Part shown: positions 1 to 12,300 of the stretch, in pieces
How the letters are laid out: each line of letters opens with the position of its first letter
Position numbering within the stretch: position 1 is the first letter of the stretch
Source: Mytilus edulis
Taxonomy: Eukaryota
Length of the DNA stretch: 64,000 nt
Direction: 5' to 3'
NCBI RefSeq assembly: GCF_963676685.1
Contig: NC_092354.1
Span: 81,840,001-81,904,000 of the forward strand
Notes under the pieces: model-generated
The model's database searches: none
What the model was told of the DNA's origin: nothing
What the model saw: the letters and a program-made list of their open reading frames with translations, nothing else
Position numbers and translations under genes: made by a program

Positions 1-659
1 GTGCTGTGCACAACACTTTCTATTACAAAGAAGATAGTACATTTTCAATAGAATGCACTGTGCCGCGCACAACACTATCTCTACAAAACACATTGTATGG
101 AAAGTGTTATGAACCGCTCAAAACGTTATTATACCAAATAAACATAGAATTTATTAAAAATTTCAAGCACAGAAAATTTTGCAAATTCCATAATTAAAAA
201 TAATTCCAAGTTTAAATAATAGCCTGTTAATTGGGCTTTGATGGCAGATCTTTGATTGATTCTATTAAACATATTCATGACTTTGATACCACACAGAAAC
301 ATTTAACACTTAACCTATTGTACCCACACCTGTCCGTTGTTTAATAGATATATGAAGATGTGGTATGAGAGCCAATGAGACAACTCTCCATCCAAGTCAC
401 AATTTATAAAAGTAAACTGTTATAGGTCAATGTATGGCCTTCAACACTGAGCCTTGGCTCACACCTAACAGCGCAAATAGTTCTCTTACGTGGTGGTCCA
501 AAGGTTGACCTCCAAACTTTTGCAAAGGAATGACACAATTTTGACCTTTTGCAGTTGAAATAATAAGACTGGGAGTAACATTCAAGGACCACATGGGAAA
601 AACAGATTTTGAGAACTCTGACACAACAAGCATATTAGCACTTGGCAAGGTTAATTACT

Positions 660-1310
660 TTAATTATTTGAACACAACAATATATTTATATAATAATTAA
701 TTTGATTTTGAAGAGAAAAACTGCTTGTGTCACTAATTTATGGCAGCATGTTTTCATTATTTAGAAGATTTTTTTCTTTCTTTAATGATAAATAAGAAAC
801 AATGATAAAAACAAGTGTGTTATGAATTTCAATACCTTTTCAAGAGAGATCATGGAGAAAAATCTGCTGGGGTCACTAATGTATTGCAGGATGTTTTTAC
901 CATTTAAAAGATTTTTTCTTTCTTAGAAATGATAAATATGAAAAGCAAGTGTGATATGAATATAAATTCCTTTTCAGGAGAAACAATGAAGGAAAAATTT
1001 GCATGCTGACATCACTAATATGGCTGCATGTTTTCACCATTTGGAATTTTTTTTTCTTTCTTTAATGATAAATATGAAATAATAAGAAAAGCAAGTGTGT
1101 TATGAATATCAATTGTGTTTCAGGGGCAATTCATATATTTCAAAACAACAATATATTTAATCTTCATTAATTTGATAATGAGGGAAAAACTGCTAGTGTC
1201 ACTAATTTTTAGAAGCATGCTTTTACCATTTAGAAGATTTTTTCTTTCTTAGAAATGATAAATAAGAAAAGCAAGTGTGTTATGAATTTAAATTGTGTTT
1301 CAGGGGAGAT
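660..1310. repeat. Degenerate tandem repeat, unit about 140-180 bp, about 4 copies
   Basis: Recurring GTCACTAAT...CCATTTAGAAGATTTTTTCTTTC...AAGTGTGTTATGAAT. Confidence 0.8.
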
Positions 1311-1368
1311 AATGATATAGCATGCATTTCTGTAAATACCTTTTCAAATTTATATTCGAAAAAAATAA

Positions 1369-2157
1369 AACTAGAGGCTCTAAAGAGCCTGTGTCGCTCA
1401 CCTTGGTCTATGTGCATATTAAACAAAGGACACAAATGGATTCATGACAAAATTGTATTTTGGTGATGGTGATGTGTTTGAAGTTCTTACTTTACTGAAC
1501 GTTCTTGCTTCTTACAATTATATCTATAATGAACTTTGCCCATTAGTAACAGAGAAAAATATTTGGTAAAAATTTACATAAATTTACCAAATTAATGAAA
1601 ATTGTTAAAAATTGACTATAAAGGGCAATAACTCCTTAAGGGGTCAATTGACCATTTAGGTCATGTTGACTTATTTGTAGATCTTACTTTGATGAACATT
1701 ATCGCTGTTTACAGTTTATCGCTATCTATAATAGTATTCAAGATAATAACCAAAAACAGCAAAATTTCTTTAAAAATTACCAATTGGAGGGCAGCAACCC
1801 AACAACCGGTTGTCCAATTCATTTGAATATTTCAGGGCAGATATATATTGACTTGATTAACAATTTAACTCCTTGTCAGATTTCCTCTAAATGATTTGGT
1901 TTCAGAGTTTTAAGCAAAAAACTACATTTTACCCCTGTTCTATTTTTAGCCGTGGTGGCCATCTTGGTTGGATGGCCAGTCCATCGGACACATTTTTCAA
2001 ACAAGGTACCTCAAAGATGATTGTGGCCAAGTTTAAATAAATTTGGCCCAGCAGTTTCAGAGGAGAAGATTTTTGTAAAAGTTAACAACGACGACGGACG
2101 CCGGACGCAAAGTGATGGGAAAAGCTCACTTGGCCCTTCGGGCCAGGTGAGCTAAAA
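1369..2157 (+). mobile_element. Non-autonomous pearl/HINE-type (Helentron-associated) element
   Basis: Starts AACTAGAG in an A-run; GACG/GGACG microsatellite near the 3' end; terminal hairpin GCTCACTTGGCCC-TTC-GGGCCAGGTGAGC followed by an A-run. Confidence 0.7.
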
Positions 2158-3135
2158 ATAAATGCATAATATTTAATTCTATATCAGGACAGAGTTTTGA
2201 AATTATGTATTCAAAAAATATTAAAAACATATCTTGCATTTTTGCATCATACATTTTAATTCTATTTTAGGGACAACTTTTGACATATTGTCTCTTTAGA
2301 AAAAAATTAAATACATCTCAAACTATTTTGGGTCTGTACTATTTATCATAGTATTTTATTTTCACAAACTATGAAACAAATTGCTGTATCAATCTTGTGT
2401 TGAAGGCGGTACAGAGGCCTACAGTTTTATTCATTCTCGTCCTTTAGTCTTATATGGAAAACTGTCTCATTGGCAATCTGGAAATGAAGAGGGGAGGGGA
2501 GGGGGCTTACATTATGTTAGCAAGCTCTATGGTCGGGCTGTTGTCACTTTGACACATTCCCCATTTCCATTCTCAATTTTATCCCCTCACTTAAGGGGGA
2601 ACACAACACTTTGAATCAAATATATTTGACTCATTAAATTGTCAATGACAAGATGACAAAACTAAAATATTCAAGAAATTTGAACTACACATTTTACAAA
2701 AATAATTTCACTGGAATTATAGCAGTTTCACAACTTTGATCATTCAGAAGCTGGATTTCTTTTTGCTTATTGTATACAATTAAAGTGGTCAGCTTATTCT
2801 TAAAGAGTTAATTCCCTTTATTTGTGTTCTGTAACCCCTTAGTTATACTAAATTTCACTGAACTAGAACGTATTTTTATTTACAGTTGAAGCACACCTGT
2901 ATGTGCAGGAGTTTCTCGCTGTATTGAAGACCCGTTGGGGCCTTTGGCTATTATATGCTTTTTGGTCAGATTGTTGTCTTTTTGACATATTCCCAATTTC
3001 TATTCTCATTTTGAATAAATACAAATCAATTCACATCATTCCTCATTTTCCTCATTTTATTTTTAAAGAGTTAATTTCCTTTATTTGTGTTCTGTACCCT
3101 CTAAATAAAACAAATAATAAAAAAAACTAATTTAC

Positions 3136-3332
3136 CTCTTCCTTCATTTTCTTCAGCTGATCCAGTAACTTTCCATTGAACTGTGCAAAGTAGGGAACAC
3201 AGCCGTCAAGCTTGACTGAGCACAGCCACTCGCTCACATCGTCGTTGTTCATCTTGAGTAATCTTGAGCTAGAGGGCGCTGCATATGTTGTCGTTGTTGA
3301 TGATGATGAAGCTATAAGAGCATCTGTTGAAT
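3136..3332 (-). CDS. ARM-TIR gene exon: Ser/Thr linker + start of SAM-like domain
   Basis: tattacag|AT TCA ... GAA GAG|gtaaat; DSTDALIASSSSTTTTYAAPSSSRLLKMNNDDVSEWLCSVKLDGCVPYFAQFNGKLLDQLKKMKEE; phase 1 to 0. Confidence 0.88.
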
Positions 3333-6300
3333 CTGTAATAAACGAAATATATTAAATAATTTATTCTTGATCATTCAATAATTTAGACCTTTTTTTAATT
3401 TTTTGTTATGAATGAAGTGTATGGGTCACAGAGCATCTTTTTTCATGTAGTGCAAAATTGTTAGATTTTGTAAATATAATGCATTGAACTTCAACTTTGT
3501 TTAATAAAAACAAGAGTGCACATGCTGAAATGTCTCGCCTTCTAAATTAAACTAATCATTGATATTATGTTGATAGTCCTAAGTATAAAGCTAAGCTTTA
3601 TTACAACTGTCACATAAACTTAACATTAACCAAGATAACTAAACAAATACCAAAATTTCACTATAACCACTGAACCATGAAAATGAGGTCAAGGTCAGAT
3701 GACACCTGCCAGTTGGACATGTACACCTTACAGTCCTTCCATACACCGAATATACTAGCCCTATTGCTTATAGTATCCGAGATATGGACTTGACCACCAA
3801 AACTTAACCTTGTTCACTGATCCATGAAATGAGGTCGAGGTCAAGTGAAAACTGTCTGACAGACATGAGGACCTTGCAAGGTATGCACATATCAAATATA
3901 GTTATCCTATTACTTATAATAAGAGAGAATTCAACATTACAAAAAATTTGAACTTTTTTTTCAAGTGGTCACTGAACCATGAAAATGAGGTCAAGGACAT
4001 TGGACATGTGACTGACGGAAACTTCATAACATGAAACATCTATATACAAAGAATGAAGCATCAAGGTCTTCAACCTTCTAAAATATAAAGCTTTTAAGAA
4101 GTGAGCTAACGCCGCCGCCGGATCACTATCCCTATGTCAAGCTTTCTGCAAAAAAAGTTGCAGGCTCGACAAAAAAATCTTAACGATAGAATTGATAGAA
4201 TTCTAAGATAAAATTTGAGATGATAGCTTTCAGAAAATACATAGAAAATTGGGTTCACAGGATTAATTTTCTTGCTACACAAAAATTAGGTTAATTCATA
4301 ACTAAATTCCTTTAAAGAAATAACATAATCTGAGTTATCTCCTCTTATATGGCAAAGTTAAAATAAAATTGAATCAAACAAAAAATATTTTGTATTTTCA
4401 TGTACCCCTAACTTCCAACTCATTTTCTAAAGATTCCCCTAACATACCAATAAATTCCCCTCTCTTACATATTTTTTTTCAAAAAAGATTCTCCTAAGGC
4501 TAAAAAAAAATATATGTCTGTTAACAGTTACTCGACCCACCCTATTTTGAGCACCGACCCTAAGCCATTTTATTTTCGTTGCAAATTGAAAAATAAACTA
4601 AACTTGTGTCAAAAGTGAAGATAGTGTGCCTGATTCATCCCAATGTTCATAATCATGAATATGACAGCTGTTTGAAGGAAATTCGCGACTTGTGTGGTGA
4701 AATAAACATTTTGCCGCCATTTTTTCTTAATCAATAACAAAGGGAAATAATCTAATCATTAAAATTACAGGTAAACTCGGCCCATGATCAACTCAGACCT
4801 CGACAAGACGAAACCGCACACTCAAAATCATGTCACAAAAAAAATAATGGAAATACGGACCTACATTCCCTATTTTTATAAAGCATGTTACCTTAAACAG
4901 ACATATATTTTTTTTGGCCCAACTTACCCGCTCTTTTCACCATAGATTCCCCTAACTTACCGGCTCTTTTCTCCATAGATTCCCCTAATTTTCCCATTCC
5001 TTTGAGTTCCTTCATTAGTCCATTCCACGGTTTCTCAAAAGGATATTTCCCACTAAAGTCAAAGTATAGTTTAGCACCTAAGATAGCTCCAAGCCAACCA
5101 TCTGGACGATATTGTTTCTGTAACATTAGTGGAACGTAATCCTTCCGACATTGGAATGTGTATTCTGCCTCTGCAAAATAAGAAACAAGAATTAAAACAC
5201 TGTCATGCTAATCTTACATTAATCATAATTCAATATATATCAGATAATAGGAGGAAGTGTCTAACAGATCCCAATTATCAGGCATTACAACATGCCACTG
5301 ACAGTATAGCTGCATTTATACCTACCTAGACCGAGTTTATATTTCTCTGGCATATACAGTACCATTACACATGTGTATCTACCTGAACAACTCTTCAGAC
5401 TTAGTTTATATTTCTCTGACAGAAACAGTAAGATTACAAAACTAACCAACAGTTTCTAATAAATTTATATTTCTCTAACTTATACAGAAACATAACAAAT
5501 GTGTATCTACCTAGACGACAGTTCGGACTTAGTTTATATTTCTCTGACATACACAGTAACAATACACATGTGTACCTACCTAGACAACAATTTGGACTTA
5601 GTTTATATTTCTTTGGCATACACAGTAACAATACACATGTGTACCGACCTAGACGACAGTTCGGACTTAGTTTATATTTCTCTGACATACACAGTAACAT
5701 TACACATGTGTACCTACCTAGACGACAGTTCGGACTTAGTTTATATTTCTCTGACATACACAGTAACAATACACATGTGTGCCTAACTAGACGACAGTTT
5801 GGACTTAGTTTATATTTCTCTAACATACACAGTAACAATACACATGTGTACCTACCTAGACGACAGTTCAGACTTAGTTTATATTTCTCTGACATACACA
5901 GTAACAATACACATGTGTACCTACCTAGACGACAGTTTGGACTTAGTTTATATTTCTCTGACATACACAGTAACATTACACATGTGTACCTACCTAGACG
6001 ACAGTTGGGACTTAGTTTACATTTCTCTGACATACACAGTAACAATACACATGTGTACCTACCTAGACGACAGTTCAGACTTGGTTTATATTTCTCTGAC
6101 ATACACAGTTACAATACACATGTGTACCTACCTAGACGACAGTTTGGACTTAGTTTATATTTCTCTGACATACACAGTAACATTACACATGTGTACCTAC
6201 CTAGACGACAGTTCGGACTTAGTTTATATTTCTCTGACATACACAGTAACAATACACATGTGTACCTACCTAGACGACAGTTTGGACTTATACACATGTG

Positions 6301-9300
6301 TACCTACCTAGACGACAGTTTGGACTTAGTTTATATTTCTCTGACATACACAGTAATAATACACATGTGTACCTACCTAGACGACAGTTTGGACTTAGTT
6401 TATATTTTTCTGACATACAGATTAACACCACAGAAGCGTTCTCCACGGCCTCTGCCATGGCTGATAACGTTGATCCTCCCATTCTCTCTACGTCTATCCA
6501 CACCTCCAAACCTTCTTGCTACAAAATATATAAAACTTTGTGGGTCATTAGGGTCAAAGAGGTTTGAAATTATTGTTATTAAAACAAGAGTGCACACCCT
6601 GATATGTCTTGTCTTCTTAACTAATCTTTGAATATTTTCTTAAATATCTATGATTTTATTTATCTTGCTTTGTTTCAACAGATTTTTATATTTTCTGTGC
6701 AACTTTTCTGAAATTTTATTTCACATGTTTCCGTGTTCAGGTCTACCCTTTATAACCCTCATAAACATACAGTATTTATAATGGTTTGACGGGAGATATC
6801 ATTACGCAGGAACACACACTTCATCCAGGGTTTTAAAAATGCAATAAGACATTTGGTTAAAATAAGCCATAATTTAATGCTAATGTTCAGAATTACCCAA
6901 TCTGATAAAATACAGATCCTGTCTTCAACTTTGCTTACAATATTTGAAAACCTTCCTGTCACTTTCTGACAGCTGAGGGGGAGATTTTACTAGAGCGACC
7001 TTTATAAGTGAAATATATGACCTGTTTATTTATTCTTCTGCAAAGCACATATATAAGAGTTTAAAGATAGACTTAATATCTTTTAAATAAGGTTATATTC
7101 TCTTTAAAGTGTGTTGCTTTGTTTCATTCCTTTTACATCAACTTTTCACATTTTCAGTCAATTTAATTCTGTTTCATGTGTTTATTTTCAGAGTGACAGA
7201 TGCCCATTTACATTTATTAAATATAACGTGACGGTACCCAAATTGCACCTTTTTTGACAGTTTTTTCGCCTACGTATTTTTATGATAAAGACAAAAATGT
7301 CCATTCTGTGTTTATTTTGTAGCTGTATCCTTCTTTATTATGTAGGTACACCAATTTGATTTTTATTCCATATGGAATCATAGAAAAATTGGTCTAAACT
7401 GACCTCCAAACCATCAATGATTCTTAAAAGAGGAGTACCCAAATTGCATCCATGCTTAAATTCGCATCGTCAAAATTCTAATTACAGAGCTTTTGTTTAA
7501 TTTCTTCAAATATTTTGAGCAATTGGATATTAGTCCATGCTTACTCTTTTTTAAATGGATACTTGTAGCATATTGTATTTGATCATTTTAAAAAGATGAC
7601 GTTTTGATGACGTCGCCATGCGACGTTTCAGTACATTTTGCTTTTTCAGTAAATACTTCATCTATTGATAAATACTGTGAAAGTTTTGTGCATATCTAAA
7701 TATTTTCACCTATGTTGAAAGATGTGCATTGTATCAAATCATAAAAATACAAATTGTTTAGTCTCTAGGAAATCTTGTAAGATGTCCGCTGCTATTTTTT
7801 GCTATATAGGTGCAATTTGGGTACTCGGTGCAATTTGGGTACCGTTACGTTATGTTCAATGCATATCTTTTAAATTTCAATTCAAACATTGGATAGAAGT
7901 ATAGATCGTTTAAGTGATTTTCAAAAAATAATATTTTGTTTGTCTTAAGGCATACAAATTCATTTCATTGCCATCCTTTTTTATCCTTTTTTCAATTTGT
8001 ATTTAGTTTATATTGTTTGTCAATTCACATTATTTAAAGAGGGGGAAATTATCCGAAATTTCTTTGAAGTGTTTTTATTAACATAAAGCTTGAAGCAAAA
8101 GGCGTTAATGATTGATAATTAGTAGTGTTTGACACCCAAGCTGTCAAGTGAAGCCATTTAATTCATCACGGTCTGCGATTTACAGGTAACAACAACCCTC
8201 AGCATGATCATTGACACAAAACGTAATTAATGTTTACTTGTCATTCAAGGCTAAAGTATCCAAAAGCTTGAGATTCTTTTCTCCCGCGCGGGAGGGTACT
8301 GGCAAGCAGGAGATTTCCCGAATTTCGCCATTTGAATATGTTAACCTTTTTAAAAACTAATCAGTTAATGGAACGTGTGCTCCAACGTTGGAGGGATTTA
8401 CATAAAGAAGAAGAAGGAGTAGGCACGTGCCTTAAGTGCCTAACGGCAGCTATGCCCCTGAAATATCTTCAAGTATGAAGAAAACACTCTGGAAAACTGA
8501 TTTGCCGGACTGACAGATGGACAGGCGGACAGAAAGCAAACCTAAAATCCCCCTTCAACTTCCTCGGTAGGGGACTTATGAGTTTAAGAATTACCTTCAG
8601 TCTGTCTTTCAGTTTATACACCATCTCCTTCTCATTCCAGGCATAACTTATAAATATATGTCTCTTCGATCTTTTTGATGAGGATTTTGGACCTGAAATA
8701 TTTTGAATATATATCATTAATTACTTATTAAAATCTGCATGAGTAAACAAGTTTCATTATTTATTGCTGACACTGTTAATATCAATATATAGATGTAAGC
8801 CAAAAGAAAGAAAATTTTGGGTTCCTTTAAATTACTAATTAAAAAAATTGTTATTAAGTAGAAAAAAATTCTGAAACATTTCTTACAATGTTTTTGATTT
8901 GATATGGAAAAGATCCTCATTCAAAATGTTATTGACGCAAAAATGCCCAGGGTTCAGACTTTATTGACAATAAATAAGGCATGCAGCTGATTATAAACTT
9001 TTCATTATAAATTTTGTCTCTCTAAATTTTTGTGCTATTTTCACATTTCTAGATTAGTGTGAGGAAAATATTTCTCCTCATAAGGGAAGTATCTGTTCTC
9101 TGTAGATGATTGGTCAAAATTTAATTAACATGTTAAATTTTCTAGATTTCTTCTTTTTTTTCCTATAATGATGCCCTGAAAAATGTCAACCAGGCCTGAT
9201 ACTGTCACATATAAAGAACGCAACTTTCTGCAAATCTTTCATAAGGAAGGATACACATCATAAGTGAAACAGATTCCATCACTATATAAATCATGTATTG

Positions 9301-12300
9301 AGATATTTCTCCACTCTCAACAGTTTAACTTTAATTATTTAAAAAGCTTGGCAAGCTTCACAATTGGAGAAATATCATAGCACACTTGTTGCAGTGCTGG
9401 AATCTATAAAGACTAAACTGTTTTTCTGTTATACTGTAAAGTGCATTAATTAAATGCTTGAATTCCTTGATCTCTTTAAGAGTCCTATTTTTGGTTTATA
9501 ATCTCTTCATATTTTAGATAAGCTTTGGATTTTCAAATATTTTGGCCTCAACCATTAATGAAGAGACATTTATTTTGGAAATGTGCATTTGACACAGAAA
9601 ATTGGTACTGTTAATGTTATTATTATCTATTATCATCACCTTTCATCATTTTTTAAAATCATTGCTGATTCATGGGTTTTAATGTAGCAGTTCAATTATT
9701 AACATATTCAGATTAAACGGAAAACAAGAATGTGTCCCAAGTACACGGATGCCCCACTCGCACTATCATTTTCTATGTTCAGTGGACCGTGAAATGGGGT
9801 AAAAACTCTAATTTGGCATTAAAATTAGAAAGATCATATCATAGGGAACATGAGTACTAAGTTTCAAGTTGATAGGGCTTCAACTTCATCAAAAACTACC
9901 TTGACCAAAAACTTTAACCTGAAGGGGACGAACGGACGAACAAACAAATGAACGAACAGACCCACAGACCAGAAAACATAATGCCCCTCTACTATCGTAA
10001 GTGGGACATAAAAAGGACTTTTATGGCATATTAAAAATTGTGTTTGGTTGGAAGGAACAACAAAATTCACAAAAATTGATACCCCCTCAACAAGAATACC
10101 GTCACAGTAAATACTGTTTCTACACAATAAACTTACGATTTTTGACATCATTCTCTCCTTTAAGTACAAACAAAGCTCCTTTACAATTTTTCTCTACATT
10201 TTTATCTTGGCTGTTTGATAATTTTTCTAATGTCGGCATAAGATCTTCAAAGTCTCGTATTTTCTGTGCCACATCTTTATCAAAAGACAATGTCCAAAGA
10301 GCTTTTGATGCGACTGCTTGTTCCTCTATATTTTCTTGTTTTATCATTCGTAGAAGTAAAGGGAGAGCACCTGCATCAACTATCTGTAAAATAAAATAAA
10401 TTTAGATTCCAGATAATTTAGAACATATAAAAAAGAAGATGTGGTATGATTGCCAATGAGACAAATATCCACAAAAGACCAAAATGACACATACATTAAC
10501 AACTACAGGTCACCGTACCGCCTTCAACAATGAGCAAAGCCCATACCGCATAGTCAGCTATAAAAGGCCCCAATAAGACAATGTAAAACAATTCAAACAA
10601 GAAAACTAACGGCCTTATTTATGTAAAAAAAATGAATGTTCATTGTTAGTTGTGAGATGACCTTCAGTTGTTATTTAAACTGACCTCTTGAATTAATTTC
10701 TCTTAAACATAAATCCAATATCAGCTTTGACATTTAATTACCTAGATTATGCATTGAATTTTTCAGTTACTGTAGATTCATTTATTTTTCGTGGATATCA
10801 ATTTTCGTGGTTTGAGGAAAACTTACATATTCATGGATATTTAATTCCATGGTTTTGGCAAAGTCTGCATACATTCCTTTAGAAAATTTGTAATTTGTAG
10901 GACATTTAAATTCGTTGTTCCCATGTGCCCAAGAAATCCATTTAAATTGGTATCCAACGAATATTAATGAATCCACAGTAACTATGACATTTCTTACAAA
11001 TGTTTGGTCCTAGAAAGTTTATCATTCAAAATAAGACCTAAATGCTAATGATGTGTAACTCTCTTTGTATTTACATTTACAAAGTCATTTTTCATCAGGT
11101 GAGCTAAATATTTTGATGCAATCTGATTGCCATTTCTAACAGGAGAAATAGTTTACCTTGCTTTTATTTTTATCATTGACGGCCAGTTTACCTAATCCGT
11201 CCATCAGTTCAATAGGTGTGAACCCTTTATATCTTCCTCTCTCATTGTCTAACGCAAGCTTGATATAACTGACTATTCCTTCAACAGCCCCTACAAAATA
11301 TAAACATAACTCTCATTGTTCAACACTAGCTTAATATAACTGACTATTCCTTTAACAGCCCCTACAAAATGTAAACATAACTTCAATTGTTGGACTCTTT
11401 GTTTGTATTGGTCAGAGTACTAGTGTGCATCTGTTGTTTAATGTTACTTACCGAATTAGACTTTTACCGGATTTGATATCTCATAAGCAACACGACGGGT
11501 ACCAGATGTTGAGCAGGATCTGCTTACCCTTCCGTAGCACCTGAGATCAGCCCTAGTTTTTGGTGGGGTTCATGTTGTTTATTCTTTAGTTTTCTATGTT
11601 GTGTCTTGTGTACTATTGTTGTCTGTTTTTCCTTTTCATCTTTAGCCATGGCGTTGCCAGTTCATTTTCGATTTATGAGTTTGACTGTTCCTCTGGTATC
11701 TTTTGTCCCTCTTTTGTTCAAGCTTTGCATGTACCTGTGTTTGTATCAGTCAGAGAGTGTATCTGTTGTTAAAGCTTTGTGTTTACCTATGTCTACTTAG
11801 ATCTCTTTATGTTTAGTTGCATAGGTGAGGCTTTTGTCATTATCCTGTTTTTGTGAATGTGTCTGATTTTGTATGATATAAGCTAAAGTTTACATGGTTG
11901 GTATCTTGTGTATTGTTTTATCTGTGTTATCAGCGGGCATTTGTTTATTATAAACACCTTATCGCTATTCCTGGCTGACCCAAGAATCTGTCACGCTTGA
12001 TCTATTGACGTCATACAACAATCACTTTTCCATTTTGGCATCAGATACTGCAGATTCATTTATTTTCTTTGGTACCAACTTTTGTGGATTGCAGAAAACT
12101 TGCCTTTTCGTGAAGATGTAATTTCGTGGTCTTGCCAAAATCTGAATACAACCTGATAGAAAATTTGTAATTCGTTGAACATTTGAATTCCTTGTTCACC
12201 TGTGCCCAAGAAAATAGGTATCCAACGAATAATAATGAATCCACAGTATTTTGTATTATGATGTCAAAATTTTACTGGAACCTGTGTGATGTCCAGTAAT

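Noticed and set aside
404-648. Minus-strand ORFs as the missing terminal exon of the ARM-TIR gene
   Set aside because: No convincing acceptor or SAM-like continuation; they run into a SINE-like repeat. The last exon is probably outside the window.
5434-6631. Long ORFs (376 aa +, 222 aa -, 170 aa +) over the 69-bp array
   Set aside because: By-products of a stop-free 23-codon tandem unit; only 6377-6518 (possibly to 6308) fits the spliced TIR frame.
10001-10399. 132-aa plus-strand ORF
   Set aside because: Antisense shadow of the ARM exon 10137-10383.
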